A stretch of 64,000 bases of DNA from Mobula hypostoma (taxonomy: Eukaryota): NCBI RefSeq assembly GCF_963921235.1, contig NC_086097.1:45510001-45574000 (forward strand), read 5' to 3'. Positions 39,800-54,098 of the stretch are shown one piece after another; the first letter of the stretch is position 1, and each line of letters begins with the position of its first letter. The notes under the pieces were generated by a model. It saw nothing but the letters and a program-made list of their open reading frames with translations, was not told the origin of the DNA and did not search any database. Made by a program: the position numbers and the translations under genes.

Positions 39800-41035
39800 A
39801 AAACAATACAGCATAGTGCACACCCTTCTGCACATGATGTTGTCTGACCTACTTCATGTTCTACCTAACCCTGTCCTTCTACATAGTAAATGACCCTCCA
39901 ACTTTCTGTTACCCATGTGCCTATCAAGGAGTCTCTTAAGTCTCCCTAATAGCTCAACCTGAACCACCACACCTTGCGGAGCACTCCAGACATTTACCAT
40001 TCTCTGTGGGTTTTTTTTAAACATACCTCTGACCTTCCCCTGAAACTTCCTCCACTTTCCTTAAAAGGATGTCCTCTGGTATTAGCCAGTACCATCTTGG
40101 GAAAAAGTTGTTGGCTATTTGTGATTTTTATCTTGTACACCTATATCACTTCGCTTCTCATCTTCCTTCGCTCTGGAGAGAAAAGCTTGTTCAACCTTTC
40201 CACATATGACGTCTTCTCTAATCTAGAACACATCTCCTCTCCACTAAAGCTTCCACATCCTCCTTGTAATGATACAACCAGAACTGAACATAATACTCCA
40301 AGCAACATACATCAAAGTTGCTGGTGAACGCAGCAGGCCAAGCAGCATCTATAGGAAGAGGTGCAGGCGACGTTTCGGGTCTCGGCCTGAAACATCGACT
40401 GCACCTCTTCCTATAGATGCTGCTTGGCCTGCTGCGTTCACCAGCAACTTTGATGTATGTTGCTTGAATTTCCAGCATCTACAGAATTCCTGTTGTTTGC
40501 GTTTAAATAATACTCCAAGTATGGTCTAATCAGAGTTTTATAGAGCTGCAACATATACTTGTGGCTCTTGAACTCAATTCCCCAAATAATGAAGGCTAAC
40601 GCACCATATAACGACTTAACCACCCTCTCCACTTGTGTGGCAACTTTGAGGGATGTATGGATGTAGACTCCATGATCCCTCTATTTCTCCACACTGTCAT
40701 TAACCTTGTACTCTGGTTCATGTTTAACCTTTCAAAGTGTGTCACTTCAGACTTTGCTGGATTGAATTCCATCTGTCACTTCCCAACCCAACTCTGCATC
40801 CTTTCAATGTCCTATTATAATCTACAACAGCCTTCCACTCTGCCTACAGCACCTCCAACCTTTGTGTCATCTGCAAGCTTACTAACCCACTGCTCCACAT
40901 CTTCATCAAAGTCATTTATAAAAAATCACAAACAGCAGGGGTCTCGAGAGAGATTCCTGCAGAATATCACTAGTCGTCAACCTCCAGGCAGAAGACACTC
41001 TGTCTGCTGTCATCCTTTGAGTTCTGTGGGCTAGC
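39800..41035 (-). mobile_element. CR1 LINE fragment interrupted by a Penelope-derived hairpin
   Basis: LQLYKTLIRPYLEY / YYVQFW..HYKEDVEAL split across the 40.3-40.5 kb insertion. Confidence 0.8.
40303..40506. mobile_element. Penelope-terminal-repeat-derived palindromic insertion
   Basis: About 80-bp inverted arms (40299-40378 / 40386-40466); 13-bp TSD ATAATACTCCAAG at 40290-40302 and 40507-40519. Confidence 0.88.
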
Positions 41036-41444
41036 CAAAATCACTTTAAATGCCTGCTTACTCACTATTTTTCTGGTAATCTAATGATCCATTCAATTTC
41101 AACCAGCTTTATTCTAATGCTATTTCTGTAAATTAAACAGTTGTTTTTGATCCAAGATGTCCTCTCAAATGCTTTTACAGTAACTGCTTTTAGGTGATTT
41201 TTACAATGAGGTTATTTTTTTCAACTTGACTGACTAACTATTACTGGATCCAATGTAACCTGTTCCTTGACTGGCTCCATATCATACTGCTCTAGGAAAC
41301 TATCCCGAATTTGTTCTAGTAGCTATCTTTTTCAATGTGATAAAGATTTAAAATCTCCCATTATTATTGCACTGATAATTTTCTTTGCCTGTGTTATTTG
41401 CCAATTTATATCCTTTCTGCAGAGTGACTACTGTCTTAAGGTCA

Positions 41445-42660
41445 GTAATAGGTAAATTATTGAAAGGTATTCGAAGCGATAGGATATATAAGTAGTTGGA
41501 TAGACAGGGCTTGATTAGGGATAGTCAACATGGATTTGTGCATAGTAGGTCAATCTTACTGAGTTTTCTAGTAAGGTTACCAAAATGGTTGTTTAAAGCA
41601 AAAGGAGTGGATGTTATTGCATGGATTTTGGCAAGGCTTTTGACAAAGTTCAACATGGGAGGTTGGTCCAGAAGGTTAAGTCACCTAGCATGTAGGGTGA
41701 AGTAGCCAGTTGGATACAACATTGGCTTAACAGAAGAAGCCAGAGCATGGTAGTAGATGTTTGTCTCTGTGACTCAACCCTGTGACTAAAGTGCTGCAGG
41801 GATTGGTGATCCATTGATTTAGATGATAAATGGTACACCTGATCAGCAAATTAGCAGATGACATCAAGATTAGGGGCATAATGGTCTGTGAGGAAGGCTG
41901 TCAAAACTTGCCGCATGATTTTGGCCAGCTGGGAAAATGGGCTGAAAAATGGCAGATAGAATTTAATACTGTATGAGGTGTTGCACTTTGGAAGGACAAA
42001 CCTGAAAGGCCCTAAGGTATGCTGTAGAACACATCTATAACTTCTTGACAGGTGGATAGCAGGTAAAGAGAGCTTTTGGTACATTGGCCTTCATAAATCG
42101 GGCCTTTAAAGTATAGAAGTTGGGATGTTATGGAGTACTGTGTGCAGTTCTGATCACATACCTATAGGAAAGATGTGAATAAGCTTGAAAGTGTGCAGAG
42201 AAAATTTACAAGGCTAATACTGGGACTTGAGGACCCAAGTTGCTGAGAAAGGCTGAATAGGTTAGGATGTTATTCCCTAGAATGCAGGACAATAAGGGGA
42301 GATCTTATAAGAGTTATACAAAAGTATGACAGGTATAGATAGCATGAATGCATGCAGTCTTTTTTCTCTCAGGATCTGAGAGATTAAAACTGGAAGTCAT
42401 AAGTCTAGGGTGAAAGGAGAAATGTTTAAGGAAGGACTGAGGGGAAACTTCTTCACTCAAGAGTGAGGTGCAATTGTGAACAAGCTGCCAGCAAAAGTGG
42501 TTGGTATAGGTTCAGTTGCAACATTTAAGAGAAGCGTAGACATGTACATGTATGGAGCGATATGGTTGGGGTGCAAGTAGATGGGATGAAGCAGTAGATC
42601 GGGTCGACGTGGTCTAGATGAGCTTAAAGGGTCATTTTCTGTGTGTAGTGCTCTGACTGT
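41445..42660 (+). mobile_element. Decayed CR1 LINE, 3' portion
   Basis: LIRDSQHGFV motif; downstream sequence similar to other CR1 copies in the window. Confidence 0.8.
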
Positions 42661-43462
42661 CCAGCCACCACTCCAACATCATCTTACTGATTTTTAACCT
42701 CCATCCATATGGACTCAGCATCTTGTAAGGTTAGATATATTTTGTCACAATTGTACCTTTTTTGTTTCTATCCTACCAATTTTCCTTCCCACTTAAGTCA
42801 AATGTGAATACTATGTTTGCCAGATTTGATTCCTTTTCAACCATATCTCCATTCATATCTTTGAGCCATCAGTTCATTTACCGTTTTGCAAATGCCCAAT
42901 GCATTAAGATACAAAGTCTTTAGGTGAACGTTTTTTTTTATAGTAGTCCTATTTTCTTCTTGCCTTTAGATTTCTCTGCTGCTATCTCGCATTCTACAGT
43001 TTCTTTCATCTTTATCCCTGTTCTTTTCTCTTTAATGCTCCTGCTTTTGTTGCCATTTCTATGCCATTGCTTCTCAGCCTTCTGCAGTAAAAATACAGCC
43101 TAAATGTGTGTAATCTTTTTGCCTGGCAACTGTTTGTAAGGAAATTGGCCTTTTGTTAATTTATCTATAGAATATCTGAGCAACCCAAGCAGCTAGGAGT
43201 TCAGGGTCTATGCACAAAACTGCTCTGTTTTCTTGCTATATTATCATTATTAATTCAAACCAGGCTTATAATTGGGTGCTTCATTTCAGTAACAAATGGC
43301 AAAAAATGTTCTCAATTCTTTATTTGGTTTTAGAAATGTTTAGCTTTATTTAAGGGGTAAATTTGATTAATGAGATCTGCAATATTTATGGATTTATATA
43401 AATTGGATTAAATAGCCTTGTATGTTCATAAAATCTAGTTTTCTATTTCATTCCAATTTAAG

Positions 43463-43591
43463 GGTAAGACTGAGATTATTAGAGTGGTGAAATTGTTGGC
43501 TTGCTTTGATGACCTTGTAGCTGTTGGGACAGCTTCAGGAAGAGTGACACTTTTCCAGTTGGTTTCCCGATTGCCTGGAAGAAACAAGCAG
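43463..43591 (+). CDS. TECPR2: TECPR2 coding exon 2 (GKTEIIRVVKLLACFDDLVAVGTASGRVTLFQLVSRLPGRNKQ)
   Basis: AG acceptor at 43461-43462, CAG|gtaaat donor, 129 nt, phase 0/0. Strong match to recalled TECPR2. Confidence 0.95.
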
Positions 43592-46500
43592 GTAAATAAA
43601 ATGTGTTTATTTCTTTCACAGTCATAAAAATGAGTTTGTATGTATTGCACTTGCTGAGCAATGCTCATGAAACTTTATCAAACCTAAAGCAGTTTAATGC
43701 TATTTGTGAAAGCTGTAACACTAATGGTCCTAGAATCTTACAGCTTGAAAACAAGTCATTCATCTCATCCTGTTCACTCTGGCCAGTGAGCACCCATCCA
43801 CATTAATCCAATTTTTCAGCTCTTAGGCCTTAGTCTTTTCTGCCTATGTGATTAAAGTGTTTGACATTTCTTAAATGCTCTCAGAGACTTTCCTGCTACC
43901 AGTGCATTCCAGGGACTCACCATCCTCTGGGCAATAAAGGTTGCCCTCAGATTCCTTCTATATCTCTTACCCCTCTCCCTAAATCTATGTCTGTATATCT
44001 ATAGAATGACTCCAGTTTTATTTCCCTCAGACAAGGGGAAAAAATTTCCTGCAGTCTATTCCATTAATACCACTCGCAATTTTAAATGGCTTGATTAAAT
44101 CCCCTCTTAATCTCCTCCTCCAGGGAAAACATACCTAATCTCTCTATTCTCTCTTCATAACTGACATAGACATAGGAGCTGAATTGGGCAATTAGACCCA
44201 TTGAGCCTACTACACCATCCGATCATGGCTGGCTTCTTTTCCCCATTCTCCTGCTTCTCCTTATAATTTTTGATGTCCTTACTAATCAAGAACCTATCAA
44301 CCTCTGATTTAGATATACCTAGTGTCTTACTCTCCACAGCCACCTGTAGCAATGAATTCCACAGATTCACCACCCTCCTGTTCCATCCAGGCAATATCCT
44401 GGCTGTCTCCAGCACTATCAATTCTATCCCAGAGTGTGGTATTCGATATCTCAGCTGAGCTTGACACCAGTGTTTTATAAAATTGGAGCATAAGCTTCAT
44501 GCACTTGTATTCCTGCCCTGTCTAATGCAGGTCATTGACCCATGCACATTACCCAGCAGTACTGCCACTTCAAAGATCTTTGGAGTGGCATACTAAGGTT
44601 CCTCTGTTCCTTCATACTCCCCAGGGCCCCACCATTCTTTGTGTATGATCGAGCCATATTACTTCTCCCAAATACATCACCTCACATTCTTCAGGGTTAA
44701 AGATCATATTCCTTTTCTCAGTCCCATCACATAGATATGACCCTATAACCGAAATCTATCTTGCGTTGTCAGATACTCCACTAGTCTTACTGATCATGCC
44801 TCCCACAGCCACTTGCAAGTCATTTATAAAAATTACAAACAGCACTGTTTCCTGTACTCCCTGGCACTCATCATCAATCACAAAAGCAGCCCTCTGCCCC
44901 TGGCCTCTGGTTCTTATTGCCAAGTCAATTTTGGATCAAATTTTGCTGCTGCTGAGCATTTTGTACCAAAGCAATTCTCATTGGTATTTGGGAAATTGAA
45001 ATTCCCTACGACTACAACCCTATTTTATCATGTCTCTCTGTTATTTGCATTCATATATGTTCCCCTACCTCGTCTTTTCTGTTAGGTGATCCACAGTGCT
45101 TCTGTAGCAAAATGAGAACACCTTTGTTTTTCTAGCCATATGGCTCACTGAGGAGCCTTTCAGCATACCCTCCCTTAATACTGAATCATGCACTCCTTGA
45201 ATAACAATGTAATGCCACTTGCCTTTCACATACCCCTCTGTCAATTCTGGGATATTAAGTTGCTAGTCATGCTCAGTTTTCAACCGTGCCTGAGTGATTG
45301 CAAAAGTGCTGTAGTTCCATGTGTTAATTAAAGTTCCTCTAGTTAGGAATGCTAGTTAGATTCCTTATAGTAAAATGGCTGCAATTTGGTTTTGAATTCT
45401 CAGCATGTGAATTTATCTGCCTACTTTGCTTACTGGATGCAATCACCAAGAGGAGAAAAGGCTAGGATCGTCTGAATATCTACTTTAAGCCCCATTGTCC
45501 TTCCAACTCAATTTAAACTTTCCCCAATAGCACAAGGAAACCCCACCACTAGGATGCTGGTCATATTCCGGTTCAGGCACAATCTGTCCCTCAAGTCCCA
45601 CTTTCCTGAAATGGTCCCAGTGATCCAGGGACATAAAGTCTAGTTTGTGGTACCAAAAGAACTCCAGAGCTTATAATCTTTGAGGTCCTGCTCTTTAAAC
45701 TGCTACCTGCTCACTAAGTTAGGTTTCAGGACTTCATCCTTTCCTCTGCCTATGTCATCGGTACCAATATCTATCTGGACCACTAGATATTCATCCTTAC
45801 CGTTCGAGGTCCTGCAGGTGCTCTGAAACATCGTTAGCCCGTGAAACATTTGGAGCCTTGTTGCAGCCACAAAGACACTTGTATGCATCCCTAATAATAA
45901 GATCCTCTTACACAATCATTCTCTTGGTCTTATTCCTCCCTTTTTGGATGAGATGCCCAGATTAAATTGGGGAAAGTACATTTCTTGACTGTTTTAGTGG
46001 ATTTTTTTCCAATTTCCTTGTTTTTTAATTCTTCTGGTGGTCTCTTCAGATTAGGTACTACAGCTAAAATGGACTTGTTTCTTCACCTCCGGGTTTTTTG
46101 CAATTGGAGTATTCAACTGTTAATAAGAAATAAGTGATCTGATTTAGTCTTTTAAATAATTTATGCCCTCGTCTTTCCTCCCCAGTAAGTTACTGAGGAT
46201 TCAGCCTCTCCTTCATTAGGGGAGATGTACTGTGGTGTTAGTTATTCAGATATGATGTGAAAACCTATGGCTTCTAACTGTTCAGTTCAAGCATACTGAC
46301 AAAGGGCCTCTAGTAAAGCTGTCACGTGAATGATGTCCTTTCCCAAAATGCTGCTTACACAACCCTCTGTGGGATGGGCTAGGGGGAGCAAGGCTGTCTT
46401 TTGAGTCCCCATTAAATGGGAGCCCAAACATGAAGGGAAACTTCTTCACTCAGAGGGTTGTAAGAGTGTGGAATGAGCTGCCAGCATAAGTGGTGCACAC

Positions 46501-47864
46501 AAGCTCAATTTGAACACTTAAGTGAATAGGTATATGGATGGTAGGGGTATGGAGGGTTATGGTCCTGGTGCAGGTAGATGGGAATTTAAATAGTTTCGGC
46601 ATGGACTAAATGGGCCGAAATGCCTGTTTCTGTGCTGTACTTCTCTATGACTCGAGATCTTTGCCCTCTCATTTTAAACCTATACCCTCCAGTTTTTGAC
46701 CACCCTCCTTTGGGGTAGACGGTATGATTTTATGAATCTCTATAACTCAACCCGGGGCTTCTGGCACTCTAGGGAAAACAGTCCCAGCATATCCTTTCCT
46801 CTCAACTCAGACCCTCCTGTCCTGGCAATGTCCTCATGAGTCTTTTCTACACCCTCATCCATCTTGTATGGCTGTAAACGTGACATACTTGTACTCATTG
46901 GCCTGATCTTTGAAGGCCCACGTTCCAATGTGGTCTTCACTATTCACTAAGTTGTTGCATTCAGGGAACTGTGAAATTGTATCCCAAGGTCTCCCTGATC
47001 TACAGCACTCCCCAGGCCCTGCTATTCACAATGTATATCCTGCCTTAGTTTCATTTCCCAAAATGCATCGCTTCATATATCTAAGATAAATTCTGTCCGA
47101 CTCTTTTGACCTCTTTCCCAGTTGACCTGGAACCTGTTGTAATCCTGTCCACTACACCATAAATTTTGTGTCATCCAGTGCTTTGGTGTGATACTCAGTG
47201 TTGGTTGTTCAGTGTTCTACCAAACCTTTGCAAGCTAATATTGCATAAGGCAGATGAATTCTGGCAAGCTTATCGTCAGCCAGCAACCGTAAAAACCACA
47301 AGTGGAATTCTGGTGAAGTGGGCATAAAGGTGTGTTGTGGAAAATAGTACTTGCATTTCCCAACATTTCTCCTAAGACATATTGACTAATAGAAAGAGGA
47401 AGGTAACCATGCTATCTGCTTGTGTGTTACTGGGAGTGTGTCATGCAAGGAGGTGACATTTACTTATCAGATGGATGGGCTGATGAAATCTAGATAAATG
47501 GTGGCTTTTTGACCTTTTGTTCCAACTAAAGGCACCTTGTTGCTCAGGCTTATGCCTTCAGTTATCACTGTTACACAGTATGCAGGAGACCTGTATCATG
47601 TGTTAGTCCCTGGCTGGTGCATAATGAAAGATATCAGACCTGTCCAGGCACCTGAAGCATTTGCTAAACCTGTGGATTGCTTGTTTATCAAGAAATCCTG
47701 CCTTTGTTTTGATAATTGATGCCCTGAGCATACCACTTGTGCGCCTCATAGTGTCGTTGTCAAGTTTTAAAGGTGTATCACTTGTTTCTGTGCAGTCAGC
47801 TGTTGGGTATGGACTAGCAGCCAGAAAAGTTTCATGACAGTTGCCCTGCAACTTTGTACCTATA

Positions 47865-48540
47865 TCAGAATCCGGGTTTCACATCACTGGCATATGTCGT
47901 GGAATTTGTTGTTTGGCAGCAGTAGTACATTGCAATGCATAATAATAAAAACTATAAATTACAATACAAAGTGTATATAAAAAATTAAATTAAGTAAGTA
48001 GTGCAAAGAAAGAGGGGAAAATACCAGGGTAGTGTTCGTGGGTTCATTGTCCATTCAGAAATCTTGGTGGTAGAGATGAAGAAGCTGTTCCTGAACTGTT
48101 GAGTGTGTGTCTTCAGGTGGTTGTACCACCTCCTTGACAGTATTAATGTGAGGAGAGCATGTCCTGGGCGATGGGCTTCTTAATCATAACGTTTGAGCTG
48201 TGCCTACCCACGCAATTGTGGGGGTAGAGAGAGTAGAGCAGTGGGCCAAGCACATATCTTCTAGATGTGCCAGTGTTAGTTGTCAGTAAGGAGGAGATGT
48301 TATTTCCAATCTGCACAGACTGTGGTTTCCCAGTGACGAAGTCAAGGGTCCAGCTGCAGAGGGAGGTACAGAAGCCCAGGTTCTGGTGCTTGTTGATTGA
48401 ATTGGTGGGATGATTGTGTGGAACACTGAGCTGTAGTCAGTAAACAGCAGGCTGATGTAGATATTGCTATTGTCCAGGTGATCCAAAGCTGTGTGGAGAG
48501 CCAGTGCAATGGTATCTGCTCTAGACCTATTATGGCGATA
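47865..48540 (-). mobile_element. Rex1/Babar-like fragment with 3' tail
   Basis: ORF 48283-48486 (HLDNSNIYISLLFTDYSSVFHTIIP) and a tail matching other Rex1-like copies. Confidence 0.7.
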
Positions 48541-49449
48541 TCTGCAGCAGTATCTTCCTGTAGTTGCTCATTGGCTGCATCTCAATGAGATCAAAAACCT
48601 TCAATATGTGAATGCGTCTAAGATAAACAGGAAGTGCAATTTTTTTTTCTTTTGCCACGAATGTGCAGTTAATTAGGCCCTGCATTTGCAAAAAGTCAAG
48701 TAGAGTCAAGACCTGAAACCTTTATTTCAGACAAAATTGCTGCATTTATTTGGCAAAATAAATTGTAAAGTAAGACATAGATGCCTTGTGCATGATAATG
48801 TGATTATATACATGATAATGAGGTATTACAGAGATAATGAGATATCTTTTGGTAGACCTTTGGAAAGTTGTTCAGATACAGTTGTTGAAACTTTGACCTC
48901 CACTGAGAAGGACTGTTAGTCTTGTTCCAGTTTTACAGCATGTCTTTCCCATCACCAGTTGTGTTGCCTTGCGTATTAGTCCTCAAACATTTCATGGAAG
49001 CTCAGCTTTTCTCTATTGTACAACCTAAGTTTATTCTTGCACGCCAAACTTCTCTCTTGATATACCCTCTTATCCATCACCACCATCTTCCCCCTTCAAC
49101 TCTTGTGCAATTGCAGGCACAAGACATCTGCTATTCATGAGATTTGTGCCGTTTTTCATTATGGTTCTGTGAGTTCCGCGGTATAAGAATCCTGTGGTAG
49201 AGAGCTGCAAATGCGATTCTCAAGTGGTCTTTACCACAAGAAGGAAGTTTATAAACTGAGTTCAAATTTAACTCTAGCAAGCTTTGGAGATGATTTTGTG
49301 AACAATATTTAAATATACCTTTTGTGATGAAAGCCTTTTGCAGTAACTACAGTTGAGGTACCTCTTTCTGGGGGTAGCTGGGAGCTGGATGTGTGATGTC
49401 TCCCACATAGAGACACTGATATACTCAGTGTCAGGTTAAAACACATTTC

Positions 49450-50870
49450 AGGTTTAATGTCACTGGTGTACGGTGTGCAATTTGTTCTTTTGTGGTAGCA
49501 GTATATTGCAATACATAATTTCTAAAAAAAACTAAATTGTAATAAGCACAGTTTTTAAAAAAAAAAATAAATTGGTGCAGAAAGAGAGCAAAAAATTAGT
49601 TAGTGTTCATGAATTCATCGTACATTCAGACATCTGATGATGGAGGGAAAGAAGCTGTATCTGAAATGTGTGTGTGTCTTCAGGTTTCTCTATCTCTTCC
49701 ATGATGGTAGCAATGAGAAGAGAAGATGCACTGGGTGATGGTGGTCCTTAATGATAGATGCCATACTTTTGACACTTTTGAAAGTGTCCTCTATGCTGAG
49801 GGAAACTAGTGCCCATGATGGGGTTGACTTGAGTTTGCAACTTTCTGCAGCTTTTTCCGACTCTGTGCAGTGGCTCCTCCGAACCAGACACAGGTTCATC
49901 TAGTTAAAATGCCCTCCGTGTTAGATCTGTAGAAATTTGGAAGAGTCTTTGGTGACATACCAAGTCTCCTGAAGCTCCTAATGAAATATAGCTGCTGTCG
50001 TGCTTTCTTTGTAATTAACATACATAGAACATAGATAGTACAGCACAGTACAGGCCCTGTGGCCCACAATGTTGTGCTGACCCTCAAACCCTGCCTCCCA
50101 TATAACCCCCCCACCTTAAATTCCTCCATATACCTGTCTAGTAGTCTCTCAAATTTCACTAGTGTATCTGCCTCCACCACTGACTCAGGCAGTGCATTCC
50201 ACGCACCAACCACTCTCTGAGTAAGCAACCTTTCTCTAATAGCCTCTTGAACTTCCCACCCCTTACATTAAAGCCACATCCTCTTGTATTGAGCAGTGGT
50301 GCCCCGGGGAAGAGGCGCTGGCTGTCCACTCTATCTGTTCCTCTTAATATCTTGTACACCTCTATCATGTCTCCTTTCGTCCTCCTTCTCTCCAAAGAGT
50401 AAAACCCTAGCTCCCTTAATCTCTGATCATAATCCATACTCTCTAAACCAGGCAGCATCCTGGTAAATCTCCTCTGTACCCATTCCAATGCTTCCACATC
50501 CTTCCTATAGTGAGGCAACCAGAACTGGACACAGTACTCCAAGTGTGGCCTAACCAGAGTTTTCTAGAGCTGCATCATTACCTCGCGACTCTTTCCACTG
50601 CTGATCCCTTGATGAGGACTGGTGTGTGGTTCTCTCAACTTTCTTTTCCTGAAGTCCACAATCAATTCCTTGGTGTGACTGACATTGAGTGCATGGTGGT
50701 TGTTGCTACACCACTCAATCAGCTGATCAGTCTTGATCCTGTGCACCTCGTTGTCACCATCTGAAATTCTGCCAAGAATAGTTATGTCATCGGCAAATTT
50801 ATAGTTGATTTGTGCTTTGACTAGCCACACAGTCGTGGGTGTAGAGGGAGTAGAGCATTTGTTAGTTGTA
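49450..50870 (-). mobile_element. Rex1/Babar-like fragment interrupted by a younger CR1 at about 50018-50590
   Basis: KFADD.TILGRIS and KKARQQLYFIRS motifs on either side of the CR1 ORF 50159-50542 (EYCVQFW.PHYRKDVEALE). Confidence 0.8.
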
Positions 50871-51812
50871 GAGCATTTGACTCCCTGACTGATCTCAAAA
50901 GTCAAGTCCTATCATATGAGTGTTTAAATTTAACTCCTCTCTTCAGAAATTAATCTCCTCCTCTTAATTTTTCAAGGAAAATGCCACCAAGTTCAGGATT
51001 TTTTTTTGTAGAAATGTACTTATAAACTGTTTTTTGTCAACCTTTTCCCAGTTTTCCTCTGAACACCCCATCGAGTACAGCTGTAGAGGGTAAAGTTGTA
51101 GATTTTTTAGCACTTAATACAGGGAAGTCATCCCTTCAGTACCTATGCCAATTACACCTGGTCTAGGGACAAAGTCTTTATCTATATGAATGGAGAGAAG
51201 GAAAACTTATTTACTTTGCTAAATGTTTTAGTTATTTTTTTCAATACCTTTGTATGTTTCAAGTGTGATAGCTAACTAAGCCAGAGGCCTGGTTGAGCTA
51301 GGCATTGTGTGTTCTTTGGGTTGTTTTGTTAGCAAGCCAATACTGACCCTCCCTGGCCTGATACCACTTGCATCTACAAGGCTCCTTTCCACTGGAGACT
51401 GGATTCGCTTCAGTCAGGTGGCTGCTATTGGCAGATCTGCAAAAGATACCTTTGCATTTGCTGCAGGCAGAAAACTGAGTCTCTGTGTATTTTAAAGGTT
51501 TTATTTAGGATTCGGTAGTTCTTGGTTTCTGTTTTGCAAACTTTAAAAAGTACTTGGACAGATAATTGTCCAATTATCTTAGTGCAGGGTTTTCCAACCT
51601 GGAATCCACAGACTCCTTGCCTAATGATATTTGTCCATGGCATAAAAAAGATTGGGAACCCCTGGTTTAGCAAGATATGGGCCAAGTCTGGCAAATGGGA
51701 CTAGCATAGATAGGAATCTTAGGTGGCTTGGACCAATGGTCCTGTCTTCGTGTTGTATGTCTCTAAAACTTCTGGTTTTGATCCATATTTACCAGATAAT
51801 TTTTCTCCATAG

Positions 51813-51944
51813 TTGCGCAGATTTGATGTTGTGGGCATCCATAAAGGTAGTATTACAGCACTAGCCTGGAGCAGCAACGGAATGAAACTGTTCTCTGGGG
51901 ACGATCAGGGTAAAGTTGTTTATGCTGCTGTGGACCTGGATCAG
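51813..51944 (+). CDS. TECPR2: TECPR2 coding exon 3 (LRRFDVVGIHKGSITALAWSSNGMKLFSGDDQGKVVYAAVDLDQ)
   Basis: WD40 repeat; catag acceptor, CAG|gtaatg donor, 132 nt. Confidence 0.95.
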
Positions 51945-52576
51945 GTAATGAATCCAAACAGAATGCTTTGTGTACTTCTAGATTTATTTTTTAAATGTTT
52001 GATAATGGCAACTGTTTGCATCAACACCTCTTTTGAAATAAGATGCCTCTAGAAGTTAGAATTCTCAACACAATTAAGATAGGCACTTAAATAGACGAGG
52101 CATAGAAGCAAATAGGCAAACAGGATTAGTATAGATGGGTAGAAATGGTCAGCGTGGTCATGGTGAGCTGAAACATCATCTGCACTATACAACTCTGACT
52201 CTTACACATCAACAGCAATGGAAAGTAGTGTTTTGCAAAAAATTTGAGTTCAGAAAATTATCAAGTAATTATGATAAAGGGATTCAATGGAGTTGCAGGG
52301 GATTTTTTTTCTGGTGGAAGAATTTGGCACAAGGGAGCATTATTTTAAAATTGGGAGAGAGGCCTTTCAGAAGTTAAATTCAGATCAACTTTTTCACATG
52401 AGGGGTGATTGAAATCCGGAATATTTTTGTTTTCCTCCATTGCCACCTTCTCAAACAAAAAAACTGCTGGTTAATCTAGACTTGTTACTGAAGTCTTTAG
52501 GGGTATAAATTGAAATCCATATCAGATATAATCTGGTGAACGCAGCAGGCCAAGCAGCATCTATAGGAAGAGGCGC

Positions 52577-52612
52577 AGTCGACGTTTCAGGCCGAGACCC
52601 TTCGTCAGGACT
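52577..52612 (-). ncRNA. Putative minimal hammerhead ribozyme in the inverted pseudo-LTR
   Basis: Exact reverse complement of 52945-52980. Confidence 0.65.
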
Positions 52613-52944
52613 AACTGAAGGAAGAGTGAGTAAGGGATTTGAAAGCTGGAGGGGGAGGGGGAGATGCAAAATGATAGGAGAAGACAGGAGGGGGAGGGAT
52701 AGAGCTGAGAGCTGGACAGGTGATAGGCAAAAGGTGAAACCATCTCTCACTGCTCCCCATCTGTAATTTCTTCGGCTCTTCAACTTTTCGACCACATTTT
52801 GACTCAGACTCGCTATGTATCCCCTTTTGCCTATCACCTGTCCAGCTCTCGGCTCTATCCCTCCCCCTCCTGTCTTCTCCTATCATTTTGCATCTCCCCC
52901 TCCCCCTCCAGCTTTCAAATCCCTTACTCACTCTTCCTTCAGTT

Positions 52945-52980
52945 AGTCCTGACGAAGGGTCTCGGCCTGAAACGTCGACT
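52945..52980 (+). ncRNA. Putative minimal type I hammerhead ribozyme in the PLE pseudo-LTR
   Basis: AGUC-CUGACGA-A-GGGU(CUCG)GCCU-GAAA-CGUC-GACU: stem I, conserved core, stem II, palindromic ACGU in place of stem III, GUC cleavage triplet. Confidence 0.72.
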
Positions 52981-54098
52981 GCGCCTCTTCCTATAGATGC
53001 TGCTTGGCCTGCTGCGTTCACCAGCAACTTTGATGTATGTTGCTTGAATTTCCAGCATCTGCAGAATTCCTGTTGTTTACGTTTAAATTCACTACTGCGA
53101 AGCCTCTTCCGGTGATGCCTACACCGAAGAAGTTTAGATCCTCTCTTCGACGGGGGTTCAGTGAAACCATCTCTCACTGCTCCCCATCTGTAATTTCTTC
53201 GGCTCTTCAACTTTTCGACCACATTTTGACTCAGACTCGCTATCCGTAACTTCCGCCACCTCCAACGGGATCCCACCACTAAGCACATCTTTCCCTCCCC
53301 CCCTCTCTCTGCATTCCGCAGGGATCGCTCCCTACACAACTCCCTTGTCCATTCGTCCCCCCCATCCCTCCCCACTGATCTCCCTCCTGGCACTTATCCG
53401 TGTAAGCCGAACAAGTGCTACACATGCCCTTACACTTCCTCCCTTACCACCATTCAGGGCCCCAAACAGTCCTTCCAGGTGAGGCATCACTTCACCTGTG
53501 AGTCGACTGGGGTGATATACTGCGTCCGGTGCTCCCGATGTGGCCTTTTATATATTGGTGAGACCCGACGCAGACTGGGAGACCGCTTTGCTGAACATCT
53601 ACGCTCTGTCCGCCAGAGAAAGCAGGATCTCCCAGTGGCCACACATTTTAATTCCACATCCCATTCCCATTCTGACATGTCTATCCACGGCCTCCTCTAC
53701 TGTAAAGATGAAGCCACACTCAGGTTGGAGGAACAACACCTTATATTCCGTCTGGGTAGCCTCCAACCTGATGGCATGAACATTGATTTCTCTAACTTCC
53801 GCTAGGCCCCACCTCCCCCTCGTACCCCAGCTGTTACTCCTTTTTATGCACACATTCTTTCTCTCACTCTCCTTTTTCTCCCTCTGTCCCTCTGAATATA
53901 CCTCTTGCCCATCCTCTGGGTCACCCCCCCCCCGTCTTTCTCCCTAGGCCTCCTGTCCCATGATCCTCTCGTATCCCCTTTTGCCTATCACCTGTCCAGC
54001 TCTTGGCTCTATCCCTCCCCCTCCTGTCTTCTCCTATCATTTTGCATCTCCCCCTCCCCCTCCAGCTTTCAAATCCCTTACTCACTCTTCCTTCAGTT

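Noticed and set aside
52611..53393. 260-aa Arg/Gly-rich ORF on the minus strand
   Set aside because: Antisense read-through of repeated PLE segments.
53479..53805. Host or homing-endonuclease GIY-YIG gene
   Set aside because: Embedded in pseudo-LTRs with a TSD and lacking its own ATG; it is part of a Penelope-like element.
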